From Candidatus Aminicenantes bacterium (GTDB lineage Bacteria; Acidobacteriota; Aminicenantia; Aminicenantales; JAFGBC01): DNA of 64,000 bases. The stretch is taken from contig OY969696.1 in NCBI GenBank assembly GCA_963702005.1, forward strand, positions 3,136,001-3,200,000. Direction: 5' to 3'. The translations under genes and the position numbers were made by a program. Below the pieces are notes generated by a model, which saw only the letters and a list, made by a program, of their open reading frames with translations, was not told the origin of the DNA and did not search any database. Positions 58,484 to 64,000 of the stretch are shown piece by piece; position 1 is the first letter of the stretch; each line of letters starts with the position of its first letter.

Positions 58484-60616
58484 ATGAAAAAGATTGTCCT
58501 GATTCTGGTCGTCCTTTTGAGCATCGCCCTATTCAACACGACGGGACCCGCCGCGGGCCGATATCCAATCCCGGCCGCCGGTTCGTCTGCCCCTTCTCTC
58601 GGCCGTCCCAACCTCAGCCCGGAATTCGGGACGATCCCGCTCTACTTCATACCCAATCAAGGCCAAGCCGGCCGCGAGGTCTCGTTCTACGCTAAGACAT
58701 CCCGATACATGCTGGGGATCAGCCCGGAGGGATTTGTCTTCTCGGACGGCCGCTCTTGCTCCAGAATGACATTCCCTGGGATCGGCCGGAATGCCAAAGT
58801 CAGCGCCGTCGACCCGGCCGATTATACGGTCAATTACTTCATCGGGAACGATCCGTCGCGCTGGCGAACCGATATCCCGACATCCAAGGCCGTTCTCCTG
58901 GACGGCCTCTACCCGGATATCGACCTCAAGGTCTACGGGATCGAACGGCAAGTCGAATATGATTGGATCGTCGGGCCGGGCGGCCATCCCGAGGCGATCC
59001 GGATGGAATACTCGGGCGCCGGACAGGCCCGATTGGACGAAGACGGGAATGTGAAGATTCCGACTCCCTCCGGGGTTCTGATCCAAAGGAAGCCCATCAG
59101 CTATCAGGTCATCGATGGGCGTAAGATCCAGGTCGACTCCCGTTTCCGAAGGACGGGCCCGGAATCATTCGGAATTGAGGTCGGAGATTACGACCGAGGC
59201 CATCCCCTGATCATCGACCCCGTCGTCCTGGTCCAATCGAGCTATCTGGGAGGAAGCCAGTATGATGACGCCCACGCCCTGGCCGTCGACGCCGACGGAG
59301 CCGTCTACGTCGCCGGATCGACGGAATCCCTGAATTTCCCGACCAAGGCGGGGTTTGATAAATCCTTCGGCGGCTCTTATGACGCTTACGTCACCAAGTT
59401 TGCTCCCTCCGGGACGTCCCTCGTCTATTCCACATATCTCGGAGGCGGTCTCAGCGAACATCTCTATGGAATCGCCCTGGACGGGACCGGCGCCGCCTAC
59501 GTCACGGGCTCGACTTTGAGCCCCGGCTTTCCCACCAAGAACGGATACGATGATTCGTTCAACGGTTTGGAAGACGGCTTCGTCACCAAGCTAAACGCCA
59601 AGGGCAACGGCCTCGTCTTTTCGACTTTTATCGGGGGGTCCAACACGGATACTCCCTTTGATATCTGCCTCGACAGCCATGGCGCCGTCTACATCGTCGG
59701 CTGGACCAAGTCCTCCGGATACCCGACTAAGAACGCCTTTGATGCAACCCACAACGGGACTTATGACGCTTTCCTGACCAAGCTCACGCCGGAGTGCGAC
59801 GACCTGGTCTATTCGACTTTTCTGGGCGGGACTTGGCAGGATTGGGCCTACGATGTCGCGGTCGACAGCCGCGGATATGCTTATGTAGTCGGATCGACGG
59901 AATCCAAGAACTTCCCGGTCAAGAACGCTTATGACGCGACCCAGAACGGCCAGAACGACGCCTACCTGACGAAATTCTCCCCGACGGGGAAATCGTTGGT
60001 TTATTCGACTTTTATCGGCGGCAGTAGAAATGATTCAGCCTTGAGCATCGCGATTGACGCAAGCGGCGCCGCTTATATCACGGGAGAGACGGTCTCCCCC
60101 AATTTTCCGATCAAAAAGGCTTATAAAAGCGTTTACGGCGGTAGCTATGGAGACGGCTTCGTCCTCAAAATGGCCGCCAACGGAAAGGACCTGGTCTTCT
60201 CCACCTTCCTCGGCGGATCCGGCTACGACAGCGGGATCAGCCTCGTCTTGGACAGCGCGGGGAATATCTTGGTGACGGGCCAGACCGAATCCCGGGATTT
60301 CCCGATCAAAGACGCCTATCAAAGCACTCACCGGGGGGGCGTGGTGGATGCTTTTCTTACCAAGCTGAATCCCCAGGGCAACGCGCTTGTTTATTCCACT
60401 TTTCTCGGCGGCGGCGGGAGGGATTGCGGGATGGACGTCGTCACGGATTCTTCGGGCGCAGCCTATGTCACCGGATTTACGAGCTCTCCCAATTTCCCGA
60501 TTCGCGGCGCTTACGATCCTTCCTTAAACGGCAAATTCGACGCCTTCGTCGCCAAGTTGACCGATTCCTTGACAGAGGCGAAAAACACCAAACGGAGCGG
60601 CCCGCCGGAACGGTGA
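58484..60616 (+). CDS. Secreted SBBP beta-propeller repeat protein, paralog D (7 regular repeats)
   Basis: PLYFIPNQGQ N-domain and repeated YSTFLGG..D.F.TK. Confidence 0.9.
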   Translation: MKKIVLILVVLLSIALFNTTGPAAGRYPIPAAGSSAPSLGRPNLSPEFGTIPLYFIPNQGQAGREVSFYAKTSRYMLGISPEGFVFSDGRSCSRMTFPGIGRNAKVSAVDPADYTVNYFIGNDPSRWRTDIPTSKAVLLDGLYPDIDLKVYGIERQVEYDWIVGPGGHPEAIRMEYSGAGQARLDEDGNVKIPTPSGVLIQRKPISYQVIDGRKIQVDSRFRRTGPESFGIEVGDYDRGHPLIIDPVVLVQSSYLGGSQYDDAHALAVDADGAVYVAGSTESLNFPTKAGFDKSFGGSYDAYVTKFAPSGTSLVYSTYLGGGLSEHLYGIALDGTGAAYVTGSTLSPGFPTKNGYDDSFNGLEDGFVTKLNAKGNGLVFSTFIGGSNTDTPFDICLDSHGAVYIVGWTKSSGYPTKNAFDATHNGTYDAFLTKLTPECDDLVYSTFLGGTWQDWAYDVAVDSRGYAYVVGSTESKNFPVKNAYDATQNGQNDAYLTKFSPTGKSLVYSTFIGGSRNDSALSIAIDASGAAYITGETVSPNFPIKKAYKSVYGGSYGDGFVLKMAANGKDLVFSTFLGGSGYDSGISLVLDSAGNILVTGQTESRDFPIKDAYQSTHRGGVVDAFLTKLNPQGNALVYSTFLGGGGRDCGMDVVTDSSGAAYVTGFTSSPNFPIRGAYDPSLNGKFDAFVAKLTDSLTEAKNTKRSGPPER

Positions 60617-60665
60617 TTGATCGGCGGACAAGGGCTCGGATGCGGGTGGCGGCGTTTATGGCCGG

Positions 60666-61463
60666 TCAAGGCTTGCGGACGGCGCAGGCGATGAGATAGC
60701 CTTGTCGCTTCAGGAGGCGGCTCCGCCGGTAGAGCCAGGCGAAGGGCGCGATGAGAGGCCACATCAGGACCGAGGCGGCCGGCCACTTCACATGAAGGGC
60801 GAGGTCGAACATGCGCAGCCAGCCGGGCATGAACAGGATCCCGGTCCGGGCCCGGATTTCGAAACCGGCCGCGCGAAGCATGGCCTCCAATTGGGCCATG
60901 GTGTAGGAATCCTCGTAGCCGTAAGCATAAAGGCCCAAGCCTTGCAGGACCGAGACCATGAGCGGCCTCAGGAAGACGTCGGCGCGGTTGGGAACTCCGA
61001 TGACGGCCAGGCCTCCCGGCTTCAAGACCCTGAAGCACTCGGCGATGGCCGCTCGGGCCTCAGGGACATGCTCGCAAGTGCCCATACTGTAGAGGGCGTC
61101 GAACGTCCCGTCTCGAAAGGCGATGGCGCGCACGTCCGAAATGACGGACTTGAGGTCGACTCCCCTCGATTTGAATTGGCGCCGGGCTTGGTCGAGGATC
61201 GGCAACGAAATGTCCATCCCGACGGCCTCGGCTCCGCGCCGGGCGCCGGCCCATTCTAGGATGCGGGTATTCTTGGCCTCGTCCCAGAGGTCGGTCTTGA
61301 GGATCTTCTTTCCGCTTAAATCCCCCAGATAATCATCGAACAAGGCCTGTTCGCAGTCCCGGTAGTATCGCGTCGAGGGCGCTCCGAAAAAGGGCGGGAT
61401 ATCGCCGCCGGCCGTCTCCCAAAAACGACGCTGGGAGCCTCGGCCTCCCTCGCCTGCCTTCAT
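60666..61463 (-). CDS. Class I SAM-dependent methyltransferase
   Basis: GMDIS, SDV..I.F.DGTFD, EH, RVLKPGG. Confidence 0.85.
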   Translation of the reverse strand: MKAGEGGRGSQRRFWETAGGDIPPFFGAPSTRYYRDCEQALFDDYLGDLSGKKILKTDLWDEAKNTRILEWAGARRGAEAVGMDISLPILDQARRQFKSRGVDLKSVISDVRAIAFRDGTFDALYSMGTCEHVPEARAAIAECFRVLKPGGLAVIGVPNRADVFLRPLMVSVLQGLGLYAYGYEDSYTMAQLEAMLRAAGFEIRARTGILFMPGWLRMFDLALHVKWPAASVLMWPLIAPFAWLYRRSRLLKRQGYLIACAVRKP

Positions 61464-61551
61464 AGACCGAGGAGTATCAATTTCGGGTCGTTGCTGTCAA
61501 GGCCAAAATGGCCCTCCTTCCGATTGACCGCGCCAGCGGCGCTCCATTACA

Positions 61552-62805
61552 ATGGCGGCGGCAACAACCATGGCCATCAGGGATTTGATCGATCACTCCA
61601 CGCGGCGCCGGTCCGTCCTCAAGGCCCTTCTGGCCGGGGCGGCACTCCCCTTCCCCCTGATCAAGATCGCTGAAGCCCGGCAGGCCGAGCCCTTCCGGAT
61701 TGTCAAGGACGGCATGGCCTACCGCCGCTTGGGGAGGACCGGGCTCAGGGTGTCCGAGATCGCCCTGGGCGGAAGTCCCCTTCCGGATTGGGACCTCCTC
61801 CTCCGGCTTGCCGAGCGCGGCATCAACTACATCGACACGTCCCATGCCTACGACAACGGGAACAGCGAACGCATGATCGGACGGCTGTTCAAGGCCGTCG
61901 GACGGGACAAGGTCGCCGTTTGCACGAAGTTCCACGTCGAAGGGGCTTGGAGCGAGAAAAGCATCGTCGCTTCCGTCGAAGGCAGCCTGCGCCGTCTCGG
62001 CACGGACGTCATCGATGTCCTGGCCATCCACGGAGCGGAGAATGCGGACGACCTGACCGACGAACGGCTTCTGGCCGCCTGGGACAAGCTCAAGTCCGGA
62101 GGCAAGTTCCGGTTCCGGGGATTATCCTGCCACTCGAACCATCAAGCCGTCATTTCCCGTGCGATCGACTGCGGGCTCTATGACATGGTCCAGCTGGGCT
62201 ACAACGTCTTCGACATCCAGGAAACGGAGAAGGATGTCAAAACCTACGGGGACTACGCCGGGGAGAGCGGTATCGGGGCGCTCATCGAACGCGCCCACGG
62301 CCGCGGCGTCGGCGTCATCGCCATGAAAGTCCTCAAGGTCGGAGGTCGAAGGCAGGACTTGGCCGCGATCCAAACCGGAGGCATCTCCCTCATCCAGGCC
62401 ATGCTCAAGTGGGCCTTGGCAAACGAAAAGCTGACAGCGGTCGTGACCGAGATCCTGAACTACGAGCAGATGGAGGATGACCTGAACGCCATCGGCCGTC
62501 CCCCCACGGCCGCAGAACGTGCGACCCTATTCGCCCACCTGTCCGCCTCAAAGAAGGATTTTTGCCATATGTGCGGGCTGTGCCGGGCGGTCTGCCCGGC
62601 CGGCATACGAACCACCGATATCCTCAGGGCGCTGGCCTACGCCGAAAGCTACGGCAAGGACCAGCGGGCCCGCCGGGAATACGGGGAGATACCCTCCGGC
62701 AAGTCCGCGCCCGCCTGCCGGGATTGTGGAGCCTGCGAGAACGTCTGCCCCTACGGACTTCCCCTCAGGCAAAAGATCCGCCGGGCCGAAGCCCTTCTGG
62801 GCTGA
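61552..62805 (+). CDS. Aldo/keto reductase with C-terminal 4Fe-4S dicluster; Tat-like leader
   Basis: YRRLGRTGLRVS, IDTSHAY, CHMCGLC..CP and CRDCGAC..CP. Confidence 0.9.
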   Translation: MAAATTMAIRDLIDHSTRRRSVLKALLAGAALPFPLIKIAEARQAEPFRIVKDGMAYRRLGRTGLRVSEIALGGSPLPDWDLLLRLAERGINYIDTSHAYDNGNSERMIGRLFKAVGRDKVAVCTKFHVEGAWSEKSIVASVEGSLRRLGTDVIDVLAIHGAENADDLTDERLLAAWDKLKSGGKFRFRGLSCHSNHQAVISRAIDCGLYDMVQLGYNVFDIQETEKDVKTYGDYAGESGIGALIERAHGRGVGVIAMKVLKVGGRRQDLAAIQTGGISLIQAMLKWALANEKLTAVVTEILNYEQMEDDLNAIGRPPTAAERATLFAHLSASKKDFCHMCGLCRAVCPAGIRTTDILRALAYAESYGKDQRARREYGEIPSGKSAPACRDCGACENVCPYGLPLRQKIRRAEALLG

Positions 62806-62812
62806 GACCGGC

Positions 62813-64000
62813 TTAAGACCCCGTGACCCGCGGAAAAACCGAGATGCGGAGCCGGGCGCATCCCATCGGAATGAGCGTCACCTCCTCGGCCGGCTCGGCG
62901 GAAAAGACCGGCCCGGCAGGGAGCTTGCCGACCATTTTGCCTTCCGCTTTCCAGCCGGGAAGCCGCCGCGCGGTGGCCTTGAGGACGAGAGGGGCGGAGT
63001 CCGGAGTGAACGGCTGATAGGCCGGGGCGGCTTCTCCGGCGACCCGGATCGAATCCTCGGGCCGGGCGGGATCGACGATGAGCCCATAGTTCCAGGGCGT
63101 GGTCGGAAGGATTTCCCAGGCCGGCCAATCGTCCGTCCCTCCATAGCGCTTCCATTCCTCTCCGATTTTAAGGGAATACCAGAGCGGGCCGCGCCTGACC
63201 GAGACGGCGTTTCCGAGCGTCTCCCAGACCTTGACCTCGATCCTCTGCGGGAATTCGAGGCCGACCCGATCGCCGTTCTTCCATGTCCGGTTGACGACGA
63301 CATAGCGGCCGGCCTGGGCGTCGGCCGCCAGGTCCCGGCCGTTGAGGGTAAGCTTGGTCCCGCCGGCCCAGTCCGGGATCCGTAGGTAGAGGGGGAAGGC
63401 GACGGGCTTCGCCGTCCAGAGCGTAAGATCCACCGCCCCGGCGAAGGGATAACCCGTATCTTCGGCGATGGTGACCTCGGTTCCGTCTCCGGCTTTGGCC
63501 CGAACCTGGCAAGGCGCATAGAGAGCCGCGGCCAAGCCGTCGTCGAGGGTCCCCATCCAAAGATGCTCGGCGTAATAAGGCCAGCCGAAAGCGACGTTGT
63601 GCTGGCAGCAGCGATAGCTCCAGGGGTCGTAGGAGACGAGCGTTCCTCCGTTCTGAAAATCATGCTCGCCGCTCGCGTCGCAAGAGATGAGGTTGGGCGC
63701 GGTCAGGTAGTGGAGCGCCTTGAAGTCGGGCGTGAGCGCCGCGGGCAGGGAATTGAAGGCGATCTCCTCGGTCCGGTCGAGGTAGCGGCCCTCGCCCGTG
63801 ATGCGGGCCAGGGATTCGTCGCTGAACATAAGCTCGACCATCGTGCAGGTCTCGGCGCCTTGGCGGGGATCGCCGTGGCCGGGCCTGATGTTTTCGTCGG
63901 CGCCGAACATGCCGCCCGGTTGCCGGCCGTAAGCATCCATGATCGAACGGTAGTTCCGCTCGACGGCAGCGAGAAGCTCCGGGTCCTGCGACTGCTGAAA
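62813..64000 (-). CDS. GH127-like beta-L-arabinofuranosidase (5' part outside the window)
   Basis: AETC, E.IAFN.LP, RCCQHN, TGYPF, LRIPDW, RGPL.Y. Confidence 0.85.
   Translation of the reverse strand, partial: FQQSQDPELLAAVERNYRSIMDAYGRQPGGMFGADENIRPGHGDPRQGAETCTMVELMFSDESLARITGEGRYLDRTEEIAFNSLPAALTPDFKALHYLTAPNLISCDASGEHDFQNGGTLVSYDPWSYRCCQHNVAFGWPYYAEHLWMGTLDDGLAAALYAPCQVRAKAGDGTEVTIAEDTGYPFAGAVDLTLWTAKPVAFPLYLRIPDWAGGTKLTLNGRDLAADAQAGRYVVVNRTWKNGDRVGLEFPQRIEVKVWETLGNAVSVRRGPLWYSLKIGEEWKRYGGTDDWPAWEILPTTPWNYGLIVDPARPEDSIRVAGEAAPAYQPFTPDSAPLVLKATARRLPGWKAEGKMVGKLPAGPVFSAEPAEEVTLIPMGCARLRISVFPRVTGS

Overview
64-kb window from a GC-rich bacterium. Gene content (SBBP and NHL propellers, GH38, GH127, Fkp) is suggestive of Candidatus Aminicenantes, but this is an inference. 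1-7.1 kb is an AT-rich defence-type island: a PD-(D/E)XK-like ORF, a PAPS-reductase-family gene and a fused restriction-methylase. 7.1-17.8 kb holds six tRNA halves (Leu, Glu and Ala 3' halves, plus three copies of a promoter and tRNA-Arg(TCG) 5' half), with no intact tRNA and no integrase. The top finding lies here: three cassette-like units that share non-coding flanks (GTCACAA arm repeats, a CGYTGGAGGGGGTATCCAA junction and, in two units, a sigma70 promoter) but carry unrelated secreted-protein genes, interleaved with flavodoxin, dcd and SDR genes. 17.8-37 kb is rich in secreted beta-propeller genes. It includes an IS1111-type element with visible bridge/seek-RNA guides, an IS200 splitting an SBBP gene, and a ~210-bp inverted repeat pair bracketing 6 kb. 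37-64 kb is mostly ordinary envelope, transport and carbohydrate genes. All calls are by eye; no searches were run.
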